64,000 nt of DNA. Origin: an uncultured Candidatus Rokubacteria bacterium (GTDB lineage: Bacteria; Methylomirabilota; Methylomirabilia; Rokubacteriales; DASRDR01). Under the pieces are notes generated by a model, which ran no database searches, was not told where the DNA came from, and was given only the letters and a program-made list of their open reading frames with translations. Below, one piece after another: positions 48,013 through 57,974 of this stretch (its first letter is position 1; every line of letters starts with the position of its first letter). The position numbers were made by a program, and so were the translations under genes. Location: positions 992,001 to 1,056,000 of the forward strand of contig CAWGVS010000006.1 in the NCBI GenBank assembly GCA_963826115.1. The letters run 5' to 3'.

Positions 48013-48945
48013 TCAGGAGCCGCGCTGGGACTCGAGGGTCTCCTTGTGCGCGTAGTACTTCGCCTGGGCGACGATGTCGACGCCGACCGTCTCGCTCCAC
48101 GCCTGGAGGAGGCGCTGGACCGTCGGTCCGGGCTTGCCGTCGCCGATCGGGCGGCGATCGACCTTCGTCACCGGCAGGACGCACGGGCTCGTGCTGGTGA
48201 AGAACGCCTCGTCGGCCGTGTAGAGGTCGTAGGGCTGGAGGTCCTCCTCGGAGACGGGGATGCCCAGCTCCTTGGCGAGGTCGAACACCGTGCCGCGCGA
48301 GACCCCCTGGAGGACGCTCCGGTCGCCGGCCGTCTTGATGACGCCGTCGGTGACCAGGAAGAGGTTGTAGCCCACACCCTCCGTGAGGTTGCCGCGGCTG
48401 TCGAGCAGGATCGGCCAGCCCTCGGGATCGACGTCGGAGGCCTCGAGCTCGGCCATGTTGAAGTTCATGCGGCTGAAGTTCTTCACCTTGGGGTCGAGGG
48501 CGTCGGGGTTGAAGCTCCGCGTCCGCACGACCACGCCGTGGGCGCCGGTGTCGTAGAGGTGCGCGTATCGGACGAAGCCCATCTGGCGGGTGCAGATGCC
48601 GACCGCGGGCGGGCCGGCCTTGTGGGCCCAGCGGCCGCGGCCCCGGGTGACGAACTGCCAGAGCTGGTAGTCCCCGACGTCGGCGCGCAGGTGCTCGTTC
48701 CGCGAGACCACCTCCTCGCTGATCCGCTCCAGCTCCTCCGGCGTGAGGCCCGGGTCGATGCGCACGTACCTCAGCGAGCGGTAGAGGCGGTCGACGTGCT
48801 CGCGCATCCGGAAGCTCTTGCCGTTGAACGTCCGCGCGACGTCGAACACGCAGTCGCCCACCAGGAAACCGCGATCCATGGGATCGATCTTCACCTGGCT
48901 GAACGGCATGAACTCCCCGCTGAAGTACGCCACGTAATCGGCCAT
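48013..48945 (-). CDS. Class IV PLP aminotransferase
   Basis: DRGF..GD..FD, H..RL..S, VTRG, DPKVKN, EG.G.N.F.V, LQG.SR, ADEAF.TST. Confidence 0.93.
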   Translation of the reverse strand: MADYVAYFSGEFMPFSQVKIDPMDRGFLVGDCVFDVARTFNGKSFRMREHVDRLYRSLRYVRIDPGLTPEELERISEEVVSRNEHLRADVGDYQLWQFVTRGRGRWAHKAGPPAVGICTRQMGFVRYAHLYDTGAHGVVVRTRSFNPDALDPKVKNFSRMNFNMAELEASDVDPEGWPILLDSRGNLTEGVGYNLFLVTDGVIKTAGDRSVLQGVSRGTVFDLAKELGIPVSEEDLQPYDLYTADEAFFTSTSPCVLPVTKVDRRPIGDGKPGPTVQRLLQAWSETVGVDIVAQAKYYAHKETLESQRGS

Positions 48946-49121
48946 GACCCCTCCTCGCCGGCGCTTCCGGCCCGTTGCGAACGAGTGCGTGCGACGGCGC
49001 GATTGTACCCGCCTTCTGCTCCTCCGGAAAGCGTGCTAGCCTTCTGCGTCACGGGCTTCCGCGGCGGCCGACGGGTCGCGGAAGCGGGAGTGCGGCGTGC
49101 CCGTCGGCGGGAGACCTGGAG

Positions 49122-50252
49122 ATGACCGGGCGTCGGATCCGAATCGGCCTGATCGGCACGGGCCGCATCGCGGGGTTCGTCCACCTCCCGAGCCTGCGCC
49201 TTCTCCCCGACCTCTGCGAGGTAACGGCGGTCGCCTCGCGCGACGCGCAAAAGGCCAAGACGTTCGCCGAGCAGTGGGGCGTCCCCCAGGTCCACGACAC
49301 GTGGGAGGCGCTCGTCGCGGATCCCGATCTCGACGCCGTCATCGTCTGCCCGCCCAGCGACCTGAACCCGGCCGTGGCCGGCGCGGCGGTCGCGGCGGGC
49401 AAGCACGTCCTCTGCGAGAAGCCCCTCGCCATCGCCCACCCGGAGGCGCTCGCGCTCGCGGACGCGACCGACCGCGTGACCGGGCGGGTGCACATGGTGG
49501 CCTTCACGTTCCGGTTCGCCGCGGGCCTCCGCTACCTCCGGCGCCTCGTCGAGGAGGGCCACTTCGGCGAGATCCGCCACTGGCGCATGTCGTACTTCAA
49601 CGACGGTCAGCTGGACCCGTCGATCCCGTTCGCCTGGCGCCACCTGCGGGCGCGCGGAGGCTCGGGAGTCATCGCCGACATGGGCTCGCACATGATCGAC
49701 ACCGCGCGCTACCTGCTCGGCGACGTCGCGGCGGTGAGCGCCGTGAACCGGACCTACGTTCAGGAGCGCGCGATGCCGGGCGGCGGCCGCGGTCGCGTGG
49801 AGACGCCGGAGGCCTCGGCGTGGGTCGCGGAGTTCGCGTCGGGCGTCATCGGGACCTTCGACGTGAGCCGCGCGGTGGCGGGGCGCGGCGGGACCGGCCG
49901 CCCGCAGTACCAGGGCGTCGAGATCCACGGGACCGGGGGCGCCGCGCTCTACGAGCTCATGCATCCCTTCCAGCTCCAGATGGCCCTCGGCCCGGCGATG
50001 GCGCGCCGCCAGCACTGGGCGACCGTCGAGGTGCCCCCCGAGTTTTCCGTGTATCCCGGCTCGCCGCGCAACCCGCGCGTCGACGATCCGCTCCTCGGGT
50101 ACAAGTACGACCAGGGCGTCGCCTTCGTCCGCGCGATCCGCGGCGAGACGACCGACTACCCGACATTCCGGGACGGGGCCGCCGTCCAGGCCGTGGTCGA
50201 CGCCGTCGACCTCTCGGCCCGCGAGCGGCGATGGATCCAGGTCGCCCCGTGA
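49122..50252 (+). CDS. Gfo/Idh/MocA family oxidoreductase
   Basis: GLIGTG.I, GKHVLCEKP, G...DMGSH.ID. Confidence 0.93.
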   Translation: MTGRRIRIGLIGTGRIAGFVHLPSLRLLPDLCEVTAVASRDAQKAKTFAEQWGVPQVHDTWEALVADPDLDAVIVCPPSDLNPAVAGAAVAAGKHVLCEKPLAIAHPEALALADATDRVTGRVHMVAFTFRFAAGLRYLRRLVEEGHFGEIRHWRMSYFNDGQLDPSIPFAWRHLRARGGSGVIADMGSHMIDTARYLLGDVAAVSAVNRTYVQERAMPGGGRGRVETPEASAWVAEFASGVIGTFDVSRAVAGRGGTGRPQYQGVEIHGTGGAALYELMHPFQLQMALGPAMARRQHWATVEVPPEFSVYPGSPRNPRVDDPLLGYKYDQGVAFVRAIRGETTDYPTFRDGAAVQAVVDAVDLSARERRWIQVAP

Positions 50253-50313
50253 CCCGCACGCTCGGCTCGCTGACCCCCGTCCGTTGTTCACTCCGCGCGC
50301 AGAGGAGACCCCG

Positions 50314-51924
50314 ATGATGCGCTCGATGCTCCGCAGAACGGCCGCGCTCGCGATCGTCTCGCTGATCCCGGCCGTGGCCAGCCTCGTCGTTTCCGCGCCG
50401 GCCGCCGCGGCCGGGAAGACCACCCTAGTCCTCGGCATCGACATCAGCGACACGCGGACCTTCGACCCCTCGCGGCAGTTCGAGTACTCGCCGCCCACCA
50501 CGATCCGCGCCGTCTACGAGACGCTGATCACGCTGTCGCCGGGCGAGTACGTCACCCTCAAGCCGCTTCTGGCCGAGAGCTGGAAGCTGGTCGACGGCGG
50601 CAAGGCGTGGGAGTTCAAGCTCCGCAAGGGCGTGAAGTTCGCCAGCGGCAACCCGCTCACCGCGGCCGACGTGAAGTTCTCATTCGAGCGCCTGCAGAAC
50701 CTGAAGGACCAGCCGGCCGACATGACGGAGAACCTCGGCCCCATCGAGGTGGTGGATCCGCAGACCGTCCGGATCTCGATGGCCGACAAGTCCCAGCCCC
50801 TCCTCACGCTCTTCACCTCGGTGACGTACTCCGTCTACGACTCGAAGGCGGTCATCGCGCAGGGCGGGACGAGCGGCAAGGACGCCGAGAAGGCGGACAA
50901 GGCGACGACCTGGCTCGACACGCACTCGGCGGGGACCGGGCCCTACGTGCTCACCGGCTGGACGCGCAACCAGGAGGTCATCCTGGAGCGCAACAAGGGC
51001 TACTGGCGGGCGCCCGCCGCGTTCGAGAAGGTCGTGCTGCGGCACATCGCCGACGGCGGCGCGCAGGTGCTGGCGCTCCGGCGAGGCGACGTCGACGCCG
51101 CGCTGAACCTGTCGACCGACCAGCTCGACTCCGTGGCGAAGGACGCAAACGTGAAGATCGTGTCCTCGCCGAGCCTCGATTACGTGTACATGACCATGAC
51201 CAGCAGCGCCGACGTGAACCAGGGGCTCGGCAAGAAGGCCGCCCGGCAGGCGGTGCAGGCCGCCATCGACTACGACGGGATCATCAAGGGCCTCATGGGA
51301 GGCCACGCGATCCGGCCGGCCACGTTCATCCCGATCGGGCTCGGCGGCTCCACCGAGGCGCTGACCAAGGAGATCGGCCCGAGGCAGGACCTGGCGCGGG
51401 CGAAGAAGCTCCTGGCCGACGCGGGCCTGCCGAACGGCTTCACGTTCAAGCTGTCGTACGGCAAGGCGGCGATCGGGGGCACGACCTACGACCTGATCGC
51501 CCAGAAGATCCAGTCGGATCTGGCGCGGGTCGGGATCACCGCCGAGCTCGACCCGATGGATCAGGCCACCCTCCGGACGGCGTACAAGGAGGGTAAGACC
51601 CAGTCGGCCCTGTCCTTCTGGAACCCGGACGCCATGGAGCCGTGGCTCTGGGCCCAGCCGGCAATCGGCCGCGTCTCGAAGCGTGTCCACTGGACGCCGC
51701 CGAAGGACATCGTCGACCTGGTCGCGCGGGCGGGCGGCGAGCCCGACCCCAAGAAGGCGGCCGGCCTCTATCGCGAGTTCATGAAGATGCTGATCGAGCA
51801 GGCCAACTACATCCACCTGATCCAGCCCGTCCTCCGCGTGGCGACGAGCAAGGCCATCACGAACTACAACCTCACCGCGGCCGGGTGGCAGGTCGATCTC
51901 TACGACGTGAAGCCGGCAAACTAG
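50314..51924 (+). CDS. ABC transporter substrate-binding protein, family 5
   Basis: Signal peptide; PLLAESW, FKLRKGVKF..G.P.TA.DV.FS, GTGPY. Confidence 0.95.
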   Translation: MMRSMLRRTAALAIVSLIPAVASLVVSAPAAAAGKTTLVLGIDISDTRTFDPSRQFEYSPPTTIRAVYETLITLSPGEYVTLKPLLAESWKLVDGGKAWEFKLRKGVKFASGNPLTAADVKFSFERLQNLKDQPADMTENLGPIEVVDPQTVRISMADKSQPLLTLFTSVTYSVYDSKAVIAQGGTSGKDAEKADKATTWLDTHSAGTGPYVLTGWTRNQEVILERNKGYWRAPAAFEKVVLRHIADGGAQVLALRRGDVDAALNLSTDQLDSVAKDANVKIVSSPSLDYVYMTMTSSADVNQGLGKKAARQAVQAAIDYDGIIKGLMGGHAIRPATFIPIGLGGSTEALTKEIGPRQDLARAKKLLADAGLPNGFTFKLSYGKAAIGGTTYDLIAQKIQSDLARVGITAELDPMDQATLRTAYKEGKTQSALSFWNPDAMEPWLWAQPAIGRVSKRVHWTPPKDIVDLVARAGGEPDPKKAAGLYREFMKMLIEQANYIHLIQPVLRVATSKAITNYNLTAAGWQVDLYDVKPAN

Positions 51925-52012
51925 CCTGCCGGTCGGCATGAGATCCCACGGCTGCGGGGGAGGTGGTGGGGAGTCGCGAGACTCCCGTCCACGCGACGAC
52001 GCCGTGTAGCGG

Positions 52013-53026
52013 ATGGGTGTCCGGTACGTCCTCCTCCGGGTGGCCGCTTCGGCCGCGATGGCCGTGGCGGCCACCCTGGTCGTCTTCGTCGTCGCCCACA
52101 CCGTCCCCGCGGATCCGGTCCTCGCCCAGCTGGGCGACAAGCAGTCGAGCAATCCGGAGACGGTCGCGCGGTTCCGCGCGCGCTGGGGGCTGGACCGGCC
52201 CCTCTACCAGCAGTACGGAATCTTCCTCGCCCGGCTCGCTCGCGGGGACCTCGGCGAGTCCATCGCGTCCCACCGGCCGGTGGTGGACGACATCCGCCAG
52301 TACGTGCCGGCGACGATCGAGCTCGCCACCGTCGCCGGGCTCCTCACCATCCTGGTGGGCGTGCCGCTCGGCGTCGTGGCCGCCGTCCGGCGGGACGGCG
52401 TCGTCGATCACCTGGCGCGGCTCCTCTGCCTGATCGGCGTGTCGGCGCCCACGTTCTGGCTCGCCTTCATCGTGCTCGCCCTCTTCTACGGAGGCCTCGA
52501 GATCGCGCCGTCGCCGGGACGGCTCGACGTGGGCGCGGGGGCGCCGCCGCACGTCACGGGCATGTTCGTCGTCGACGGGATCCTCGCGGGCGACTGGGAC
52601 ACCGCCCGGAGCGCGCTTGCCCACCTGGTCCTGCCGGCGGTGGTCCTGGCGATGGCGACCATCGGGATCGTGACCCGGACGACGCGGGCGGCGATGCTCG
52701 AGACGCTCGGCCAGGACTACGTGCGGACGGCCCGGGCGAAGGGCGTGACCGAGCGCGGCGTCGTGCGGCGCCACGCGTTCCCGAACGCGCTCCTGCCAAT
52801 CCTGACCCTGGCCGGTCTCGCCTACGCCGAGCTCCTCGCGGGCACCGTGCTGACCGAGACGATCTTCTCGTGGCCCGGCCTGGGGCGGTACATCTACCAG
52901 AGCGCGCTGGCGATCGACTTTCCCGCGATCATGGGCGTGACGTTCCTGGTGGCGCTGATGTACCTCGCGATCAACCTGGTCGTCGACATCGCGTACCTCT
53001 TCGCGGACCCGCGGGTGGCCCGCTGA
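52013..53026 (+). CDS. Peptide ABC transporter permease (DppB-like)
   Basis: GDLG.S, PATIELA, DYVRTARAKG, ETIFSWPGLG. Confidence 0.95.
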   Translation: MGVRYVLLRVAASAAMAVAATLVVFVVAHTVPADPVLAQLGDKQSSNPETVARFRARWGLDRPLYQQYGIFLARLARGDLGESIASHRPVVDDIRQYVPATIELATVAGLLTILVGVPLGVVAAVRRDGVVDHLARLLCLIGVSAPTFWLAFIVLALFYGGLEIAPSPGRLDVGAGAPPHVTGMFVVDGILAGDWDTARSALAHLVLPAVVLAMATIGIVTRTTRAAMLETLGQDYVRTARAKGVTERGVVRRHAFPNALLPILTLAGLAYAELLAGTVLTETIFSWPGLGRYIYQSALAIDFPAIMGVTFLVALMYLAINLVVDIAYLFADPRVAR

Positions 53027-53889
53027 TGTCGGCCCAGGCCCTGGCGATGGCCGCGCCGGCGCGCCCCGCGCGCCGCTGGGGCGGGACGTGGACGATCGGC
53101 CTCGCCGGCGCGGCCGTCATCCTCCTCTGGAGCGCGATCGCCGTGCTCGCCCCGCGCCTCGCGCCCCACTCGCCGCGGCAGGTGGACGTGCTCGCGCGGC
53201 TCAAGCCCCCGTCGGCCGAGCATCCCTTCGGGACGGACTCGCTCGGCCGCGACGTGCTCTCGCGCGTCCTGGTCGGCGCGCGCGTGTCGCTGCCGGCGGG
53301 GCTGGTCGTCGTGCTGCTGGCGGCCGCCTTCGGCACGGTCTACGGCGGCGTGGCGGCGTACGCCGGGAGGACCACGGAGGAGGTCCAGATGCGCGTCACG
53401 GACCTCTTCCTGTCGTTCCCGCCGCTGCTCCTCGCGATGGCGATCGCGGCCGGCCTCGGCAAGGGCGTGCTCAACACCATCGTGGCGATGGCCATCGTGT
53501 GGTGGCCGAAGTACGCGCGACTGGCGCGGAGCCTGGTCCTGGTCCAGCGGTCCCTCGAGTACGTCGAGGCGGCGCGCGCCCTCGGTCAGGGCGCGGGCCG
53601 GACGCTGCTCCGCCACATCGTCCCGAACGCCGTCGGACCGGTGGTCGCGCTCCTCGCCCTCGACGTCGGCAACGCGATGATCACGTTCGCCGGGCTGTCC
53701 TTCCTGGGGCTCGGGGTCGTGCCGCCCACGCCGGAGTGGGGCGCGATGGTGTCCGAGGGTCAGGTCCTGATCGACCAGTGGTGGGTCTCGACCTTCCCGG
53801 GGCTCGCGATCTTCACCGTGGTGGTCGGCTTCAACTTCGTGGGCGACGCGCTCCGGGACTGGCTCGATCCGCGCGGCCAGCGGGGCTGA
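53026..53889 (+). CDS. Peptide ABC transporter permease (DppC-like)
   Basis: HPFGTD.LGRD, EYVEAARALG, LSFLGLG..PP.PEWG, GDALRD.LDP. Confidence 0.95.
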   Translation: MSAQALAMAAPARPARRWGGTWTIGLAGAAVILLWSAIAVLAPRLAPHSPRQVDVLARLKPPSAEHPFGTDSLGRDVLSRVLVGARVSLPAGLVVVLLAAAFGTVYGGVAAYAGRTTEEVQMRVTDLFLSFPPLLLAMAIAAGLGKGVLNTIVAMAIVWWPKYARLARSLVLVQRSLEYVEAARALGQGAGRTLLRHIVPNAVGPVVALLALDVGNAMITFAGLSFLGLGVVPPTPEWGAMVSEGQVLIDQWWVSTFPGLAIFTVVVGFNFVGDALRDWLDPRGQRG

Positions 53890-53907
53890 GAGGGGAGGGA
53901 CGGCGCG

Positions 53908-55071
53908 ATGCAGGCCAGGGTCGTCGTGATCGGCGGGGGCGCGTTCGGCGCGAGCTGCTTCTACCACCTCACCCAGCGCGGGGTCGGGGACGTCCTGCTC
54001 CTCGAGCAGGCCACGCTCGGCTCCGGCTCCACCGGGCGGTCGGCGGCGGTCGTGGAGACGCAGTACCTCGCCGCGGACCAGATCGCGCTCTGCGCGTGGT
54101 CGATCCGCCTGTTCCAGCGACTCGAGCGCGAGCACGGCCTCCCGTTCGTCCACCACGGGTACCTCCGCCTCGGCCGCTCCGCGGCGGACCTCACCGGCTT
54201 CCACGAGAGCGTACGCCTCCAGCGGGCGCACGGGCTCACCGACGCGCGCGTCGTCGAGCCCCGGGAGATCGCGCGCATCGTGCCGCCGCTTCGGGTGGAC
54301 GATCTCGCCGGCGCCCTGTGGGGGCCGACGGACGGCTACGTGGACGCGGTGCGCTACTGCGAGCTGCTCACGGGTATCGGCCGGGCTGCCGGTGGCCGCG
54401 TCCTCCAGGGCCGGCGCGCGCGCGGCGTGCGGCTCCGCGGGGCCCGCGTCGCCGGCGTCGAGACGGACGGCGAGGTCGTCGAGTGCGAGACGGTGGTCAA
54501 CGCGAGCGGCGCGTGGGCCCGCCGCTTCGGCGAGACGCTGGGGCTCGCGCTGCCCGTCGACGGCTACCGGCGGCAGCTGGTCCAGTTCGAGCCGCTCCAG
54601 CCGTTCGCGACGCCCGTTCCGATGGTGATCGACTACGTGCCGGGCGTGGAGCGGGAGGGGCTCTACTTCCGGGACGACACGCCGTCCCGGATCGTGGCCG
54701 GCCTCCACTGGGAAGTGCACGGCGACGTCGAGCGTCCGAGCGACCCCGACGCGTTTCGCCAGGCGGTCGATTGGGACTACGCTGAGCGCGTGGCGGAAGC
54801 GCTGGCCGCCCGGTACCGCGGCGCCGCGGATTTCCGCGTGACCGGGGGCTGGGCGGGGCTCTACCCGCTCACGCCCGACACGCGCCCGATCGTGGGCCCG
54901 ACGCCGGGGATCGAAGGGCTCTACCAGGCCCTCGGGGGCGGCGGCGTGGGGGTGCAGATCTCGCCTGCCATCGGCGCGATCGTCGCCGACCTCGTGGCCA
55001 CCGGCGAGACCCGGGTCATGCCGGACTGGGAGCGCTACCGGCTCGAGCGGTTCGGGGCCGCCGGCGCCTGA
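53908..55071 (+). CDS. FAD-dependent oxidoreductase (DAO/sarcosine oxidase beta-like)
   Basis: VIGGG..G, GSTGRSA, NASG.W, WAGLY..TPD..PI.G. Confidence 0.92.
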   Translation: MQARVVVIGGGAFGASCFYHLTQRGVGDVLLLEQATLGSGSTGRSAAVVETQYLAADQIALCAWSIRLFQRLEREHGLPFVHHGYLRLGRSAADLTGFHESVRLQRAHGLTDARVVEPREIARIVPPLRVDDLAGALWGPTDGYVDAVRYCELLTGIGRAAGGRVLQGRRARGVRLRGARVAGVETDGEVVECETVVNASGAWARRFGETLGLALPVDGYRRQLVQFEPLQPFATPVPMVIDYVPGVEREGLYFRDDTPSRIVAGLHWEVHGDVERPSDPDAFRQAVDWDYAERVAEALAARYRGAADFRVTGGWAGLYPLTPDTRPIVGPTPGIEGLYQALGGGGVGVQISPAIGAIVADLVATGETRVMPDWERYRLERFGAAGA

Positions 55072-55160
55072 GCGGGAGGGTCGAGCCCGGCTCGACACGG
55101 TCCCGCGTTCGGCCTATCCTGGCGCCCGGAAACGCGGCAGCCGCCGCGGAGGAGGCGACC

Positions 55161-55415
55161 ATGATGCACCTTCTGGGTCAGGCGCTGTTCGGTCTCGTCG
55201 TCGGCGCGCTCGCCAAGCTGATCATGCCCGGGCAGGATCCCGGCGGGATCGTCGTCACCATGCTCATCGGACTGGTCGGATCCATGCTGGGGACGTTCGT
55301 CGGCCGGTCCCTGTGGGGCGGCGTGGACTACTCGGCGGGCTGGATCACGTCGATCCTGGGCGCGATCGTGCTCCTCGCCATCTACCGGGCGGTGAAGAAG
55401 AAGCAGGCGGCCTAG
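55161..55415 (+). CDS. GlsB/YeaQ/YmgE family (transglycosylase-associated) membrane protein
   Basis: GLVVGALAK.IMPG, G..GS..G, SILGAIVLL.IY; RBS GGAGG. Confidence 0.9.
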   Translation: MMHLLGQALFGLVVGALAKLIMPGQDPGGIVVTMLIGLVGSMLGTFVGRSLWGGVDYSAGWITSILGAIVLLAIYRAVKKKQAA

Positions 55416-55462
55416 ACCCGACTCCGTCGGGGCCGAGCGCTCGCGCGCCCCGGCGCACGCCG

Positions 55463-56446
55463 TCAGCGGTTCACGCGGGGCAGGACCTCGCGGATCACGC
55501 GGTCGAGCTGGCCAACCTGGTCCCAGGCGGTGAGCCGGAGCGTGATCCGCTCCACGCCCGTCCCGCGGAAGCGCCGCAGGTTCTCCGCGCACTCCTCGGG
55601 GCTCCCGAGCGCCGTCCAGGCCTCGATGCGGGCGCGCGTGTAGTCGGACGAGTAGTAGAGGTCGAGGAAGCGCTTCGTTTCGGCCACCGCGGCCTCGCGG
55701 TCCTCGTTGACGTTGATGTTGTGGTAGAGGCAGTTCCCGAGCCGGTCGGGATCGCGGCCTTCCTCCCGGGCGTATCGCCGGATCGTGCTCCAGTACTCGG
55801 CGAAGACGTCGGGGCGCAGGCTGTGGGTCTGCCAGCCGTCGGCGAAGCGCGCGACGCGACGGAGCGCGCGCTCGATCCGCGGCGGCTCCGGCTTGATGGT
55901 CCACGGATTGTTCGCGAGCCAGATGGGGCAGGGCTGCTGGAGCGGCTTCGGCTCGAGGGTCACGCGCTCGAACTGGAAGAACTGCCCGCGGTGCGTCACT
56001 TCGTCCTCGCGCCAGAGCCGCCGGAGGATGGTCACGTGCTCCTCGAGCCGGCGCTGGCGCTCGGCGACCGGCACCCCGACGGCGCGCGCTTCGGCGTCCC
56101 AGTCGCCGGCGCTACCGCCTCCGGCGCACACGATGAGGATCGTGCGCCCCTCGGCGATCCGGTCGAGGCTCGCCCACTCGTAGGCGAACACCAGCGGGTT
56201 GCGGAGGGGGAAGCTCGCCAGGCAGGCCGGCCCGAGCCGCACGCGTCGCGTGCGGCCGGCGATGGCGGCGAGCAGGGTGACGGCGTCGAGGCGCGGCTTG
56301 GCGAACAGGGAGTCGCCCACCCACACCGAGTCGAAGAGGCCGGATGCCTCGGCGCGGTCGGCCAGATCGAGCAGCTGGGCCGGCGTCGTGAGCCCCAGCA
56401 TCACGCCCCGGTTCGGCAGGGTCAGTCCGAATGCGAGCGCGGTCAT
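55463..56446 (-). CDS. LLM-class flavin-dependent oxidoreductase
   Basis: FGLTLPNRG, VWVGDS, KPRLDA; paralog of 16113-17165. Confidence 0.9.
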   Translation of the reverse strand: MTALAFGLTLPNRGVMLGLTTPAQLLDLADRAEASGLFDSVWVGDSLFAKPRLDAVTLLAAIAGRTRRVRLGPACLASFPLRNPLVFAYEWASLDRIAEGRTILIVCAGGGSAGDWDAEARAVGVPVAERQRRLEEHVTILRRLWREDEVTHRGQFFQFERVTLEPKPLQQPCPIWLANNPWTIKPEPPRIERALRRVARFADGWQTHSLRPDVFAEYWSTIRRYAREEGRDPDRLGNCLYHNINVNEDREAAVAETKRFLDLYYSSDYTRARIEAWTALGSPEECAENLRRFRGTGVERITLRLTAWDQVGQLDRVIREVLPRVNR

Positions 56447-56548
56447 GACCGGGAGAATAGAGCAGGAAGGAGATCGCCTCAACCTGCGTGGCGCGGCGCC
56501 TTGACGCGCGCGAGCTTCGTCACTAGGTTGGGCCGAGGTGAGGCTCGG

Positions 56549-57871
56549 ATGAACGGGTGGGCGACGCGTCGTCGGCTCGTCGGGGCGGTCCTGGCGCTCG
56601 GGCTGGGCCTCGTCCCGGTGGGCGGCGAGGCCCAGGTGTTCTTCGCCAGCCGACCCCACCCGGAGTTCGCGATCGGGCCCCTCCTGGTCGTCGCGGGCGT
56701 CCGCCCCGACCTGGGCCCGGTCTCCGTGCGGATCTCCTTCGGGCTGACGCTCCAGCCGGGCGCGCGCGTGGAAGACGTGCAGCAGGAGCTCTATCTCCTG
56801 TGGCCGGCGGAGGTGGCCGGCGGATCGGCGCCCGGGGCCCCGGACCCGACCCTCCGCGCGTACGTCGAGCAGCGCGGCTTCGCGGTCGTCAGCGAGGGGC
56901 GGCTCGCGCTCGCGGTCCGTGACCGGGCGAAGCTCGGCACGCCAGCGCCGAGCGACCCGCTGCCCGAGTCGGCGCCGTTCGTGACCTTCTACAAGCTCGG
57001 CACGAACCCGGTGCAGTCGGGGGTGGGGACGCTGGTCCGGATCGCCTGGACGCCGCGGCTCGTCGACCCGAGCGGGCTCCTGAGCATCTCGACGACCCTC
57101 AAGGACCTCATCACCCCGAAGGCCGCCACGTGGCTCGAGGAGCTCTTCTGGGGGCGCCGCCACGTCCTGAGCCTGAGCGCCGGGAGCGCCGGCTCGCTCG
57201 CGCTCTACTCCATCCTCCTCGACCAGCGCGACCGGGTGATCCGGCTGTCCCGGGACTTCTCCATCCTTGCCGCCGAGTTCGCCGACTCCGACCACCTGCG
57301 GATCGAGGAGATCAGCCCGGCCGCCGCCACACGCCGGCCCAGCCGGGTGCGGGCGGGGGCCGAGACCGTCGGCCTCGCGCTCGGCTCCGCCGAGGGGCTG
57401 GTGCCGCAGGTCCTGACCGTGCGCTTCAGCTACTTCAACGGCTGGATCGCGTGGCGGCCCATCCTCGTGTCGATCCTGGCGCTGATCCTCGGGAACCTCA
57501 TGGGCGCGTTCATGTTCACGCGCGAGGTCGCGCGCCTCTTCCGGCGCTGGTTCCACGTCGAGCGGCGCGGCGCCCACGGACCGACCAACGGCATCGTGCT
57601 CGAGGAGGTCCTCGCCCGCATCGTCCCGGGGCGGACGACGCGAGCCGAGGTGATCGACTGGTGCGGGCCGCCGGCCGAGGAGCGCACCCGGGTCGGGTCG
57701 GGCGAGCAGCGGACGCTCCTCTACCGGGGCCTTCGGCGGCTGCCGCGGCGGCGGTTCCGGGTCGGGCGCGTCGCGACCGTGAGCCGCTGGGACGAGGAGC
57801 ACCAGGAGGTCGCGATCGGCCTCGTGGACGGGCGCGTCAGCGACGTGGAGACCCGCGTCCGTTCATCGTGA
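56549..57871 (+). CDS. Exported/membrane hypothetical protein with C-terminal SmpA/OmlA-like motif
   Basis: Signal peptide, large beta-rich region, TM (ILVSILALILGNLMGAFMF), IVPGRTTRAEV...GPP. Confidence 0.7.
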   Translation: MNGWATRRRLVGAVLALGLGLVPVGGEAQVFFASRPHPEFAIGPLLVVAGVRPDLGPVSVRISFGLTLQPGARVEDVQQELYLLWPAEVAGGSAPGAPDPTLRAYVEQRGFAVVSEGRLALAVRDRAKLGTPAPSDPLPESAPFVTFYKLGTNPVQSGVGTLVRIAWTPRLVDPSGLLSISTTLKDLITPKAATWLEELFWGRRHVLSLSAGSAGSLALYSILLDQRDRVIRLSRDFSILAAEFADSDHLRIEEISPAAATRRPSRVRAGAETVGLALGSAEGLVPQVLTVRFSYFNGWIAWRPILVSILALILGNLMGAFMFTREVARLFRRWFHVERRGAHGPTNGIVLEEVLARIVPGRTTRAEVIDWCGPPAEERTRVGSGEQRTLLYRGLRRLPRRRFRVGRVATVSRWDEEHQEVAIGLVDGRVSDVETRVRSS

Positions 57872-57938
57872 TCGCCCGCCGGGCCGATGGCGTAGCCTCG
57901 TCGCCGCCCCGCGCGCCGCTGCTCGGGAGGCCCGCGAT

Positions 57939-57967
57939 TTGACACGCCCCGTCGCGGTTGTTAGCCT
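57939..57967 (+). promoter_or_regulatory. sigma70 promoter giving a probably leaderless transcript
   Basis: TTGACA-N17-TAGCCT with extended TG; ATG 7 nt downstream, no SD. Confidence 0.7.
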
Positions 57968-57974
57968 CCCTGCC

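Noticed and set aside
16113-56446. Two similar LLM paralogs as a recent duplication
   Set aside because: Similarity is limited to protein motifs; this looks like ordinary family expansion.
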